Of a stretch of DNA of 64,000 bases, positions 10,001 through 19,073 are shown in pieces. A program made the position numbers and the translations under genes. A model generated the notes under the pieces. That model had not been told where the DNA came from and did no database searches. It was given only the letters and a program-made list of their open reading frames with translations. Each line of letters starts with the position of its first letter. The stretch's first letter is position 1. This DNA is from Alphaproteobacteria bacterium (GTDB lineage: Bacteria > Pseudomonadota > Alphaproteobacteria > Bin95): NCBI GenBank assembly GCA_963665325.3, contig OZ224045.1, positions 1,376,001 to 1,440,000 on the forward strand, read 5' to 3'.

Positions 10001-10600
10001 CTGATGCGGTTCTGGGACCCGGACGCGGGGAGAATCGCGCTCAACGGCGTGGATCTTCGCGACTACAAGCTCGACGATCTGCGCAGCCGCATCGCGCTGG
10101 TCTCGCAGGACACATACCTCTTCAACGATACGCTCCGCGCGAATGTGACGATCGCGCGGCCTTCGGCGAGCGAGGCAGAGCTTGCCGCGGCGCTCGACCA
10201 CGCCGCCCTCGGCCCGCTCGTCGCAACCCTGCCGGACGGTCTCGAAACCGTGGTCGGCGAGCGCGGCGCCAGCCTCTCCGGCGGGCAGCGCCAGCGGGTC
10301 GCCATCGCGCGGGCATTCCTGAAGGACGCGCCTATCCTGATTTTGGACGAAGCGACCAGCCATCTGGACGCGCTCAACGAACTGGCGGTGCGCCGCGCGC
10401 TGGACAGGCTGAAGGCCGACAGGACCACCGTCGTCATCGCCCACAGGCTTTCCACCGTCCGGGATGCGGACAAGATCGTCGTGCTCGACGGGGGCCGTCC
10501 GGTCGAGACGGGCACGCATGACGAATTGCTGGCAAGGCGCGGCCTCTATGCCTCGCTCGTGCTCCGCCAGCTCGCAAGCGCCGCCGCAGCCGCCCAGTAG
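7010..10600 (+). CDS. Fused ABC exporter-fold transporter (TMD-NBD-TMD-NBD, CydD/CydC-like)
   Basis: Two Walker A motifs (GQSGCGKT, GASGAGKT), two LSGGQRQR signatures, two transmembrane blocks. Confidence 0.9.
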   Translation: MHLEFRLWRFTEGVRGRIFFSMAVGLLAAALGVARLALLGWLIGRVFAGVTAGELVWPILGIAVVMAARGACEHWRTVVAHKTAALVQKRLRRMLFDRVAALGPSYVGRRRSGALTLSLVDGVEQLETYFGQYLPQLMVSFATPVLIFAFVAFIDLPVAAVLVAFALAALLLPAAWHSLDVMSSRKRQTAYADFAAEFLDSIQGLGTLKAFGQSTARADLLAHKARELFRRTMWVLGTNVLSRGITDCMIAIGAAAGLALGASRVVSGEMELVGLLIILMMGVEIFRPMRDLRAVLHQGMVGLSAAQGIYGILDAEPEVADGPETPAADRLEPAIAFENVTFRYPGARGPAHRDLSFSVAPGERIGVVGQSGCGKTSIVRLLLRFFDPDAGRVKLGGIDLRDMSFAQIRRNISVVNQDTFLFHGTIGENIHMGRPDASAEEVEEAARIANIKGFIGTLPEGYDTIIGEKGIKLSGGQRQRVAIARAVLRDTPILVLDEALSAVDADNEAVIQEALDRLMQGRTTLILAHRLSSVIDCDRILAMEEGQVVESGPHSELMAVPGGVYASLMREQARESEERDEDVLIDAPDRPTTETLDATPGGAKHAPTEGIIKAEGLAWFQVVAALMRVILPWKGRLGLTFLFGVVRVLAFIGVGAVSALIVFSLKNGEPYDHLLVWLWVLAPMAGIVHWLESWVAHDMAFRLLAEMRVDAFRKLDKLAPAYLVRRRTGDLMNLATHDIELIEYFFAHTVAPAFVAVLVPAIVIVVLGAASPWIALALVPFLAAVGLSPFLMRGRVDRLGSKAREAAGELGAYAIDSVQGLGEIVSFQDERRRAEGFDRLADRHIALRLPFFGEVTLQESLLEVFTGLGGLAVVVSGALLVQAGTVDSGVLPLLALLAMSAFLPVSEIAQIGRRLADTLGATRRYYSLENEPVPVEDGPGAEEDGEAEAGLALDGVNFAYPGQDRLALSDVTVTIPAGKTVALVGASGAGKTTTAQLLMRFWDPDAGRIALNGVDLRDYKLDDLRSRIALVSQDTYLFNDTLRANVTIARPSASEAELAAALDHAALGPLVATLPDGLETVVGERGASLSGGQRQRVAIARAFLKDAPILILDEATSHLDALNELAVRRALDRLKADRTTVVIAHRLSTVRDADKIVVLDGGRPVETGTHDELLARRGLYASLVLRQLASAAAAAQ

Positions 10601-10620
10601 TCCGGTTCTCGCGCACACCC

Positions 10621-11508
10621 ATGAACCGGCCCCGCGACCGCATCGGACTGGCGATTCTGCTCGTGGTGTCGGCCGTCGCGCTTTTCGCCATCCTCAATAC
10701 CGAGGTGAAGATCCTGCGCGCGGATTTCGGCTCCGTGCAGCTCGTATGGGCCCGCTATGTGGGCGCGCTGCTCTTCATGGTGGCGGTGTTCACGCCGATG
10801 CGCGGTCCGCGCTTCCTGTTGCTGCGGACGGCCCGTCCGGTCGCCCAGATCGTTCGAGGCGTATGCCTGCTCACGGCATCGCTCTGCTTCTTCCTCGCGA
10901 TCAAATGGGTGCCGCTCGCCACGGCCGCAGCTATCACCATGCTGGGTCCCGTGTTCATCACCGCTCTGTCCGGCCCGGTGCTCGGCGAGCGGGTCGGGCC
11001 CAGGCGCTGGTCTGCCGTCGCGATCGGCTTCGTCGGCGCGCTCGTCATCATCAGGCCAGGTTTCGGCGACACGCCTTGGCAGATCGTGTTCACGCTCGGG
11101 TCCGCCGTATCCAGCGCCTTCTACGCCCTGCTGACTCGCAAGCTCTCCGCAGGCGAGGACGCGGCGACTTCGGCGACCATCGCGACCGTAGTGGGAACGG
11201 TCGCGCTCAGCCTGGTCGTCTGGAGCGACTGGCGCGCTCCGTCGAGTGCGGTCGAGATCGGCATGATCGCCTCGCTCGGCCTGCTCTCCGGCCTCGGCCA
11301 TTATCTCTACACCGTGGCGCTCGGATGCGGCCCGGCATCCGTCATTGCGCCCTTCAACTACAGCCACCTCATCTTCGCGGCGCTATTGGGCTTCGTCGTC
11401 TTCGGCTACTTTCCGGACCTCTGGGCCTGGGTCGGCGCCGGGCTGATTGTGGCGTCCGGCCTCTACATCGGTTATCGCGAGACCGTGCTGAGCAGGCGTG
11501 CGGGCTAG
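10621..11508 (+). CDS. DMT/EamA family transporter
   Basis: About 10 TM segments, LGERVGPRRW, APFNYSHLIFA. Confidence 0.88.
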   Translation: MNRPRDRIGLAILLVVSAVALFAILNTEVKILRADFGSVQLVWARYVGALLFMVAVFTPMRGPRFLLLRTARPVAQIVRGVCLLTASLCFFLAIKWVPLATAAAITMLGPVFITALSGPVLGERVGPRRWSAVAIGFVGALVIIRPGFGDTPWQIVFTLGSAVSSAFYALLTRKLSAGEDAATSATIATVVGTVALSLVVWSDWRAPSSAVEIGMIASLGLLSGLGHYLYTVALGCGPASVIAPFNYSHLIFAALLGFVVFGYFPDLWAWVGAGLIVASGLYIGYRETVLSRRAG

Positions 11509-11509
11509 C

Positions 11510-12526
11510 ATGCCGTCCGGGAGAATGCGGACCTTGACGAGAGACGCCCTTGTTGTCGCCTACGACGCCAGCGAGCGGGACCGCGGCATCATCGCCGAAG
11601 CCTGGGCCGAGGCCGGTCCCCTGCTTTATCTGTCCGACGCCGTATCGCCCGAAGCCCGCGTGCGCATGCTGCAACGTGCGGCAGCCGTGTTCGCGCAGCA
11701 TACGGGGAACGACTTCAGGAGGGAGGAATGGCCTTTGCTGGCCGGAGCGCGGCTGCTGCAGATGCTGCCTGCCGGCGTGGATTTCATGCCGCTCAGGGAC
11801 CTGCCGCCGGAGCTCCCGGTCGCGGGCAATGGCGGCGCCTCCGCCGAGCCGATGGCCGAGCACGGCGCCGCGATGGCGCTGGCCGCCGCCAAGCGCCTGT
11901 TCGCCGAGCATGCCGAGCTCCGCGCCGGCCGCTTCAACCAGTTCCGGCCCAACATCAGGCTGGCCGGCGGCGTCTGCGGCATATTGGGCTTCGGCGGCAT
12001 CGGCGTTGCGGTCGCCCGGCTGATGCGCGCCTTCGGCATGAGAATCCACGCCATCAATCGGCGCGGCGCCAGCGACGAGCCGAGCGACTGGATCGCAACG
12101 CCGGACAGGCTGGACGAGATGTGCTCAGCCGCCGACATCCTGTTCATTACCGCGCCGCTCAGCACCGCGACCGAGAAGATGATCGGAGCCGGGCAATTGA
12201 GGCGCATGAAGGACGACGCCATCCTGGTAAATCTCGCGCGCGGCGAGATCATCGACGAGCGCGCGCTCTATGACCACCTCGCCGACCGGCCGTCCTTTAC
12301 CGCATGCCTCGATGCCTGGTGGGTGGAGCCGATCCGCCATGGCAGCTTCCGCATCGACACGCCGCTCCTCGATCTGCCGAACGTCATCGGCTCGCCACAT
12401 AACTCAGCCTCGGTCGGTAGCGGCCGGCGTCCGGTTATTCTCCGGCGCGCGATCGCCAACTGCCTCCGCGCCGTGCGCGGAGAGAGCCCGCTCCACCTCA
12501 TCCGACGGGAGGAGCGGATGCTGTAA
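11510..12526 (+). CDS. D-isomer-specific 2-hydroxyacid dehydrogenase
   Basis: GILGFGGIG, LVNLARGEIIDE, SPHNS. Confidence 0.85.
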   Translation: MPSGRMRTLTRDALVVAYDASERDRGIIAEAWAEAGPLLYLSDAVSPEARVRMLQRAAAVFAQHTGNDFRREEWPLLAGARLLQMLPAGVDFMPLRDLPPELPVAGNGGASAEPMAEHGAAMALAAAKRLFAEHAELRAGRFNQFRPNIRLAGGVCGILGFGGIGVAVARLMRAFGMRIHAINRRGASDEPSDWIATPDRLDEMCSAADILFITAPLSTATEKMIGAGQLRRMKDDAILVNLARGEIIDERALYDHLADRPSFTACLDAWWVEPIRHGSFRIDTPLLDLPNVIGSPHNSASVGSGRRPVILRRAIANCLRAVRGESPLHLIRREERML

Positions 12527-12541
12527 CGGCCGCTATCCCCG

Positions 12542-13510
12542 TCAGCTCAGGACCTCCCGGTTGATGACATTGTCCGGGTCGAGCCTGCCGGCGAAGCAAT
12601 CGACGACATTCTGCGCGGCGGCTGCGCCCATGCGGAACATGGACTCCTCGCTCACGCCGGCCGAGTGGGGCGATACGATGATGTTGTCGAGCTCGAACAG
12701 CGGCTCGTCGGCCGTCGCCGGCTCTACGACGAAGGGGTCGATGCCTGCGCCGGCGATGACCCGGTTCTTGAGCGCGTCGTAGAGCGCCTTTTCCTCGACG
12801 ATATTGCCGCGCGCCGTGTTCACGACGAATGCCGTCGGTTTCATCGACGCGAGTTCGGCAGCGCCGACCATGCCGTCCGTTTCCTCGTTCTTCGGGCAGT
12901 TGACTGAAAGGAAGTCGATGTTCGGCAGCATCGTCCGCCAGTCCTCGACGGGTGTCGCTCCGGCGGTCGTAATTGCGTCCTGGACGACATAGGGGTCGTG
13001 CACCAGCACATTCATGCCCATCGCGACGCAGCGCGGCACCAGCCGGCGGCCGATGCGCCCGAAACCGAGGATCAGCACGGTACGGCCTGCAATATCGTAG
13101 GCCGGCGTCGCGAAACGGATGTCCCAATTGCCCTTGCGGAGTTCGCGGTCGTAGAGAAGGGCGCGCTTGGCGAGCGCCATCATGAAGAACAGCGAGTGCT
13201 CGGCGACGGTGATCGAATTGGCCGTGCCGACGACGGCGAGCGGCACGCCCGCCTCCGTCAGCGCCGGCACGTCCACCGCGTCGTAACCGACGCCGTGGCG
13301 GGCGACAATCTTCAGCCGGTCGGCATTGCCGACGATGCGGCGCGTGAAGGGCGCTACGCCCAGGATCGCCGCGTCGTAATTACCGATATGCTGCAGGATG
13401 TTGTCTTCGGACAGTTCCGTGAAGCGCTCGACCGCAATGTCGTCGCGCCCCTCGAACACCGACTTGAGCCCGTCCGTATAGGGCATCTGCAGCATCACGC
13501 GATAGGCCAT
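12542..13510 (-). CDS. D-3-phosphoglycerate/hydroxyacid dehydrogenase family protein
   Basis: ARHGVGYD, ILGFGRIG, VNTARG, SPHSAG; start at MAYRVM. Confidence 0.88.
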   Translation of the reverse strand: MAYRVMLQMPYTDGLKSVFEGRDDIAVERFTELSEDNILQHIGNYDAAILGVAPFTRRIVGNADRLKIVARHGVGYDAVDVPALTEAGVPLAVVGTANSITVAEHSLFFMMALAKRALLYDRELRKGNWDIRFATPAYDIAGRTVLILGFGRIGRRLVPRCVAMGMNVLVHDPYVVQDAITTAGATPVEDWRTMLPNIDFLSVNCPKNEETDGMVGAAELASMKPTAFVVNTARGNIVEEKALYDALKNRVIAGAGIDPFVVEPATADEPLFELDNIIVSPHSAGVSEESMFRMGAAAAQNVVDCFAGRLDPDNVINREVLS

Positions 13511-13662
13511 GCCTGTTCCTCTCTCGATGTATTCAGCCGGACCGGAACATGCCCCGGCCGGCTCCTTTCGGCAACCGGGCGCGGACTGTTTTCGCCGCCG
13601 GGGCAAGCCGCTAACCTCGGCCGGGGTGCTTTCCCGGAAGCCGCAATCCGACGGGGGATTCG

Positions 13663-14586
13663 ATGGCTGGACATATTGCAGTTCTCGGTATTTTCGTCGC
13701 CGACGCGACGTTTCGAACCGGCCGCCTGCCGGGAATGGGGGAAACCGTTATCGGCGAGAGCGTCGCGCTCAGCCCCGGCGGAAAGGGGTCGAACCAGGCT
13801 GTGGCCGCCGCCCGACTAGGCGCAAAGGTTCGGTTCATCTCCCGCATCGGTCGCGATTCATTTGCTGACATGGGGCTCGCCGCATGGGCCGATGCCGGCG
13901 TGGAACCCCTGGTCGCGCGCTCCGACAGCGCGGCGACAGGTGCAGCTGCGGTGCTGGTGGATGCATATACGGGCGAGAACGCCATCGTCGTCTGTCCGGG
14001 CGCCGCCTCGGAAATCTCGGAGGTGGATATCGATGCGGCGGCAGATGCGATCCGGTCCGCTGCCGTGTTCGTGACCCAGTTCGAGCAGCCGCTTCCGGCG
14101 GCCGCGCGGGCACTGGCGATTGCGCGGGAGGCGGGTGTAACGACGGTGCTCAACCCCGCCCCGGCCGCGGACGCGCCCAAGGACATGCTCCGACTCTCGG
14201 ACTATGTCACGCCGAATGAAGCCGAAGCCGAGGCGCTTTCCGGTATTCCGGTGGGCAACGAGGACGGGGCGCGCCGGGCGGCTGCCGCACTCCGGGACCG
14301 CGGCGCCGGCGCAGCCGTCATCACGCTGGGCGCGCGCGGCGCGTTGTTCGACGGTCCTGGAGGTGCTGCGTTCGTGCCGGCCTTCCGGGCGGGTCCGGTT
14401 GTCGAGACGACCGGCGCAGGCGATGCCTTCAATGGCGCATTCGCAGTGGCGCTGGCGGAGGGCCGGGGCCCCGGCTGGGCAGTCCGTTTCGCCTGCGCCG
14501 CTGCAGGCATTTCCGTCACGCGTTCCGGCACGTCGCAGTCCATGCCGAATCGGACGGAGGTCGAGGCGCTGATGGCGGGGTCTTAA
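13663..14586 (+). CDS. rbsK: Ribokinase (PfkB family)
   Basis: PGGKGSNQAVAAARLG, TPNEAEA, ETTGAGDAFNG. Confidence 0.85.
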   Translation: MAGHIAVLGIFVADATFRTGRLPGMGETVIGESVALSPGGKGSNQAVAAARLGAKVRFISRIGRDSFADMGLAAWADAGVEPLVARSDSAATGAAAVLVDAYTGENAIVVCPGAASEISEVDIDAAADAIRSAAVFVTQFEQPLPAAARALAIAREAGVTTVLNPAPAADAPKDMLRLSDYVTPNEAEAEALSGIPVGNEDGARRAAAALRDRGAGAAVITLGARGALFDGPGGAAFVPAFRAGPVVETTGAGDAFNGAFAVALAEGRGPGWAVRFACAAAGISVTRSGTSQSMPNRTEVEALMAGS

Positions 14587-14635
14587 CGGGGCGGTCCGGA
14601 AGGGCGGGCCGCCTCGCCTGGAAGCGTCGCCGTTT

Positions 14636-17059
14636 CTAGAACCGCAATGCGGCCTGCAGGATGATTGCGTGGATGTCGTCCTGGGCGGAGCGTTCCTGCC
14701 GCGCGGCCTCCAGTCTCAACACCGCCGAGGGCCCCAGGTTTACGCGAGTGCCGAGCCGGTACACCCGCCCGTTGCCCCGACTGAGGCCGAACCTCGTGTA
14801 AGGCGTGAGCGCGCCGCGGCCGCGAAACGCCCTGAAGCCATAAGCCAACTCGAGTTCGAGGCGCCTCGCCGAGAGGTCGGATCTGCTTGAGTCCGCCTGG
14901 TGGTCCTCCCACAGCCTTTGCACGCCGCTCGCGGTCGGGCCCCAGCCCTGCGTAAGGCTTGCCCAGGGTCCGAAACCGGGCGCCTCCGGGTCGTAGCGGA
15001 ACCGAAAACCGAACCCGCGCTCCTTCGGCCGCCCGCTCCCGCGTGCTGCGAGCCAGCGCCCGAAAACTTCCGAATTCCACCCCTGCTCCACATTGCGGTA
15101 GTGCAGGCCGCCGCCGAGCTCCAAGCTGGCGCCCGCCTTGCCGTCGCCGCTGTCGTGGCGCAACCCGATCTCTCCCCACGGGGCCAGTGTGCCGACATAG
15201 GGGACGGTCTTCTCGTGATCGATCTCGGCCGCCAGCCGGAACCGCTGCAGATCTGCCGCCGCCTTGGCGAAAGTCCTGGAGGCGCTGGAGACGTCCAGAT
15301 TCGCGAGCCCAAACTCGCCCTTGACCGTCAGTGTCGTGGAGCCGCGCTCCAGCATCCGGCTGTTGACGCCGAACGCGCTCGTGGCGAGCCGGGCGTCGCC
15401 CGAATATCTGACGCCGGCGCTGTTCAACACCCGCAGCGTTCCGGTCCCGAAGCCTGCGGTTCCCCATATTTCCAGTTGGGAGGACGGCTTCAGGCCGAAA
15501 TAGGGATGCACGCCCGTCATGCGGAGGTCGTAAGTGCCGCCTATGCCATCCTCGCCTGCGATCGTGTAATCGATGTCGCTCTCGGCCCGCGAGAGGGCGA
15601 CGCCCGCAAGCATGTTGGGGCGGAGCCTGGTCTCGGCCCCGAACTGCATGTTGAAGACGTCGCCATCCCAGAGCGCCGTCCCGCCTTTGTCGCTGCCGTC
15701 CAGACGGCGGTAGTCGCTGCAGGCCCACGCTGCGAACCGCGCGTCCCTGCCGTCGCCCCCGGCCAGGGGAAGCAGGTAGGAGGCATTGCCGAACGCCTGC
15801 TTCAGGCCGAGCGTGTTGGCGCGATCCGCCCCTCGTCCGGCGAAAGCCGGCGGCAATAAGGACGCGATCGGAGGCTTCGACCAGCCGCGCGCGATGTCGG
15901 AGAACATCTGCTCGATGCGGCACCTCGCGGCGCTGAAGGCGAGCGCTCGCCCCATTTCGGGAAGTATGGTCCGGTTCGCCTGCGCCCTGCCGGGCCCTCC
16001 GTCGTTCGATATAGAAGGATCCTCGTTGTTCCCGCTGCCCTCGTTCCTGCTGCCCTCGTTCCCGTTGCCCTCGTTCCCGCTGCCCTCATTTCCGTTGCCC
16101 TCATTTCCGTTGCCCTCGTTCCCGGTGCCCTCGTTCCCGCTGCCCTCGTTCCCGCTGCCCTCGTTCCCGGTGCCCTCGTTCCCGCTGCCCTCGATTCCGC
16201 TGCCCTCGTTCCCGTTGCCCTCGTTCCCGCTGCCCTCGTTTCCGCTGCCCTCGTTCCCGCTGCCCTCGTTTCCGCTGCCCTCGTTCCCGGTGCCCTCGTT
16301 CCCGGTGCCCTCGTTTCCGTTGCCGTCCCCGAGGTTCACCGTTAGCGGTCCGGAACCGTGTACCGGGCAATTGGAGGTGTGATCCCATACTTCGTGGTCC
16401 AACGAAATTGTCGTAGCCCGGGGGCCACCGCCCTCAGCTTCCCATTCTTCATCGGTGAGCCTATAAATCCGGAAATTTTTCCAATTGGCCCAGTCCGTGT
16501 GATCGAAGGTCCTATAGAACCCCGGGAGGAAGCGCAGATCATCGTAAGTGCCGGAGACTCTCTCGCGCTGGCCAACGCCGTTTACGTGGACGAACACATG
16601 CCAATCTTCGTCTTCTATGAGTGTTCCGTCTACGGACGGCGCCTCGCTCAACCTAACGCTGTAATAGACCGATTCACCGGGTGCTACGGTCAGCGAAGTC
16701 TCGGATACCTCCACTTCTCCGTCCCAGGTCGGAAGCTGGGTATGCTGCGCAGCGGCATTGCCCGAACAGATCACCATGAGAAGCGGGACGAGAAATACCG
16801 CTAGCACAACAAGAAATTCGACCGGCAGGCGAGGCACTTTCCGGCATAATGCGAGCGTTGTGGCCGCACCGAATTTCCCAATGCTTGTGGAACTCGTCCT
16901 CCAGCGGAGCCTGTCGGTGCAGGTTGGCAAGGCCGCGCTTGCCGCACCGCCAGCTGCTCTTGGCGGTGCAGGGAATCCTTGTCCCGCTTTGCGAAGCGGG
17001 GAATCGGGGCCGGGAGTCGAGTCGAAGCCCATCATGAGTCCGAGAATACGGTTGGTCAA
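14636..17059 (-). CDS. Autotransporter beta-barrel surface protein with GNEG[STN] pentapeptide linker
   Basis: C-terminal barrel (GVHPY, EIGLRHDSGDG, LELGGGL, terminal LRF); hydrophobic signal-like segment; start uncertain. Confidence 0.75.
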   Translation of the reverse strand: MTNRILGLMMGFDSTPGPDSPLRKAGQGFPAPPRAAGGAASAALPTCTDRLRWRTSSTSIGKFGAATTLALCRKVPRLPVEFLVVLAVFLVPLLMVICSGNAAAQHTQLPTWDGEVEVSETSLTVAPGESVYYSVRLSEAPSVDGTLIEDEDWHVFVHVNGVGQRERVSGTYDDLRFLPGFYRTFDHTDWANWKNFRIYRLTDEEWEAEGGGPRATTISLDHEVWDHTSNCPVHGSGPLTVNLGDGNGNEGTGNEGTGNEGSGNEGSGNEGSGNEGSGNEGNGNEGSGIEGSGNEGTGNEGSGNEGSGNEGTGNEGNGNEGNGNEGSGNEGNGNEGSRNEGSGNNEDPSISNDGGPGRAQANRTILPEMGRALAFSAARCRIEQMFSDIARGWSKPPIASLLPPAFAGRGADRANTLGLKQAFGNASYLLPLAGGDGRDARFAAWACSDYRRLDGSDKGGTALWDGDVFNMQFGAETRLRPNMLAGVALSRAESDIDYTIAGEDGIGGTYDLRMTGVHPYFGLKPSSQLEIWGTAGFGTGTLRVLNSAGVRYSGDARLATSAFGVNSRMLERGSTTLTVKGEFGLANLDVSSASRTFAKAAADLQRFRLAAEIDHEKTVPYVGTLAPWGEIGLRHDSGDGKAGASLELGGGLHYRNVEQGWNSEVFGRWLAARGSGRPKERGFGFRFRYDPEAPGFGPWASLTQGWGPTASGVQRLWEDHQADSSRSDLSARRLELELAYGFRAFRGRGALTPYTRFGLSRGNGRVYRLGTRVNLGPSAVLRLEAARQERSAQDDIHAIILQAALRF
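16034..16318 (-). repeat. 19 x 15-bp coding tandem repeat (GNEG[S/T/N])
   Basis: CCCTCGTTCCCGCTG-like units read directly from the sequence. Confidence 0.95.
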
Positions 17060-17176
17060 TTATAGTATGTTATGGGGGCAAACTTACTACCCCTAGTATG
17101 CCTTTTAAGAAATATTTATTCAAATTTGCTCTATCCTGCGGTTTTGGCTCGGGATGGCGGTGCCGCATGAGCACTC

Positions 17177-18974
17177 GAGACTGTGAAAGTATTGCCGCGC
17201 GAGCCGACCGCGACTCAGTGCGAGTTCTCGCGCTGCCTGGACATGTTATCTTCGTCGGCAATCGAAACGATCGCAGATGAGATCACCACCATGGCCGAGA
17301 GACGCTATCAGGAGGTGCACTCCCGAAGCCAGGTGATGCTGCTGCCTCCGTGTCTGGACGACTATGTGTCCGAGCACAATGCGGTGCGTGCGATCGATGC
17401 GTTCGTCGGCACGCTGGACCTGCAGGCGCTGGGATTCGAGCACACCGAAGCGAGACACGGCGCCGGTCAGCCGGCGTTCGATCCGGCGCTGCTGCTGAAG
17501 CTCTACCTGTACGGCTACCAGCACCGGGTACGCAGCTCGCGCCGGCTCGAAGCCGAGACGCGGCGCAACCTGGAAGTGATCTGGCTGTGTCAGGGAGCCA
17601 GGCCGAGCTACAAGACCATCGCGGATTTCCGCAAGGACAATCTGGCGGCTCTGCGGGCGACCAACCGGGAGTTTGTGCTGCTGTGCCGGGAACTGTCCCT
17701 GCTGGGCGACAGCCGGGTGGCGATCGACGGAACCTTTCTGAAGGCCAATGCGCGTCCCGGCAGCATCCACACCAAGGCGAGACTGGAAAAGGACCTGAAG
17801 AAGCTGGACGAGAGGATCGCGGCGTATCACCGGCAGTTGGATGAGGCGGATGCGGACCCGGAGGATGGTGCGGACGGTGGGGAGGATCCGGAACTGGCGG
17901 CGAAGATCGAGGCCCTGGTGGAGAAGCAGAAGCACAAGAAGGCCCTGCAGGAGCGCCTGCTCGAAAGCGGGGAGAGCCAGATATCGGAGGTCGATCCCGA
18001 TGCGCGGATGATGAAGAAGAACGTCAAGTTGGAGGGCGGCTACAACTGCCAGATTGCGGTGGACGACAAGCACAAGCTGATTGTGGCGGAGGACGTAGTC
18101 CAGGACGGCAATGATTTCCGTCAGTACGAGCCGATGATGACGAAAGCCTGCGAAGCCACGGGCAATTCCGGACTGATCGGTCTGGCGGATACCGGCTATT
18201 ACAACGGCTCGCATTTGAAGGAATGCGAGGACAGAGGGATGGATGTGTATGTTCCGATACCCAAGCAACTGGGTCGCAAGGGCAAGGGAGATCGGTTCGG
18301 CAGCGATGATTTCCGTTACGACCCGCAGGACGACACGTATGTCTGTCCGGCCGGGCAACGGCTGGCTCGAGCCAACGAGACCACCGTCAAGCGTAACAAG
18401 CTGTATTTCGTTTATCGTGCGGTGCCAGAGGTTTGTCGGAGTTGTGCGCTGTCGAGCCGATGCCTGGAAAAGGCGAACCCAAAGCCAAGGCGTAGGGTGG
18501 AGCGCTGGGAGCATGCGGACTGGGTGGACCGGCATCGCGAGAAGATGAGCGCCGGTTCGCCATTGATGCGCGGGCGATCCGCGCTCGTCGAGCACCCATT
18601 CGGCACCATCAAGCGCTGGGCGGGGATCGATCATTTCCTGATGCGCGGACTCGAGAAGTGCCGCGGCGAGTTCAGCCTGATGGCGCTGGGCTACAACTTC
18701 AAGCGGATGGTGAACGAGCTGGGCGTGGATGCATTCAGGGAGCATTGCCTGCAAAAGCAGCGGACTGCGACGATCGGGGTGTGATATTGCCCGGAAGGCC
18801 GTCTTTCCCGTCATCCAAGGCTGATTTAAGCGTAAATTTCGTGACTCTTGGTGCGATGTAGTCAATTCACCGCTTTATCCCTCCCGTCGCGGCGACCTGT
18901 CCGGTCCGGACATCGAAATCGTCATCCGGACGAATGGAAATCAGCCTGTGGCGAACTGATACTCTCACAGTCTC
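17177..18974 (+). mobile_element. IS1182-family element
   Basis: TIRs GAGACTGTGAAAGTAT and ATACTCTCACAGTCTC; 4-bp TSD ACTC. Confidence 0.92.
17291..18784 (+). CDS. IS1182-family transposase
   Basis: LLKLYLYGY..SSRRLE, TIADFRK, AIDGT, YNCQIAVD, LADTGY, VEHPFGTIK. Confidence 0.92.
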   Translation: MAERRYQEVHSRSQVMLLPPCLDDYVSEHNAVRAIDAFVGTLDLQALGFEHTEARHGAGQPAFDPALLLKLYLYGYQHRVRSSRRLEAETRRNLEVIWLCQGARPSYKTIADFRKDNLAALRATNREFVLLCRELSLLGDSRVAIDGTFLKANARPGSIHTKARLEKDLKKLDERIAAYHRQLDEADADPEDGADGGEDPELAAKIEALVEKQKHKKALQERLLESGESQISEVDPDARMMKKNVKLEGGYNCQIAVDDKHKLIVAEDVVQDGNDFRQYEPMMTKACEATGNSGLIGLADTGYYNGSHLKECEDRGMDVYVPIPKQLGRKGKGDRFGSDDFRYDPQDDTYVCPAGQRLARANETTVKRNKLYFVYRAVPEVCRSCALSSRCLEKANPKPRRRVERWEHADWVDRHREKMSAGSPLMRGRSALVEHPFGTIKRWAGIDHFLMRGLEKCRGEFSLMALGYNFKRMVNELGVDAFREHCLQKQRTATIGV

Positions 18975-19073
18975 ACTCGCAGGGACGGCTCCGGGCGTGC
19001 GGCAGGGGCGATTGAAGCGGGCAGCGGGCGCCGGCTATGCTGTCGGTGCGCACGAAACCCGGAGTTCACGCCC

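Noticed and set aside
16034-16318. Tandem repeat as a CRISPR array
   Set aside because: 15-bp units with no unique spacers, in frame within a CDS, and no cas genes in the window.
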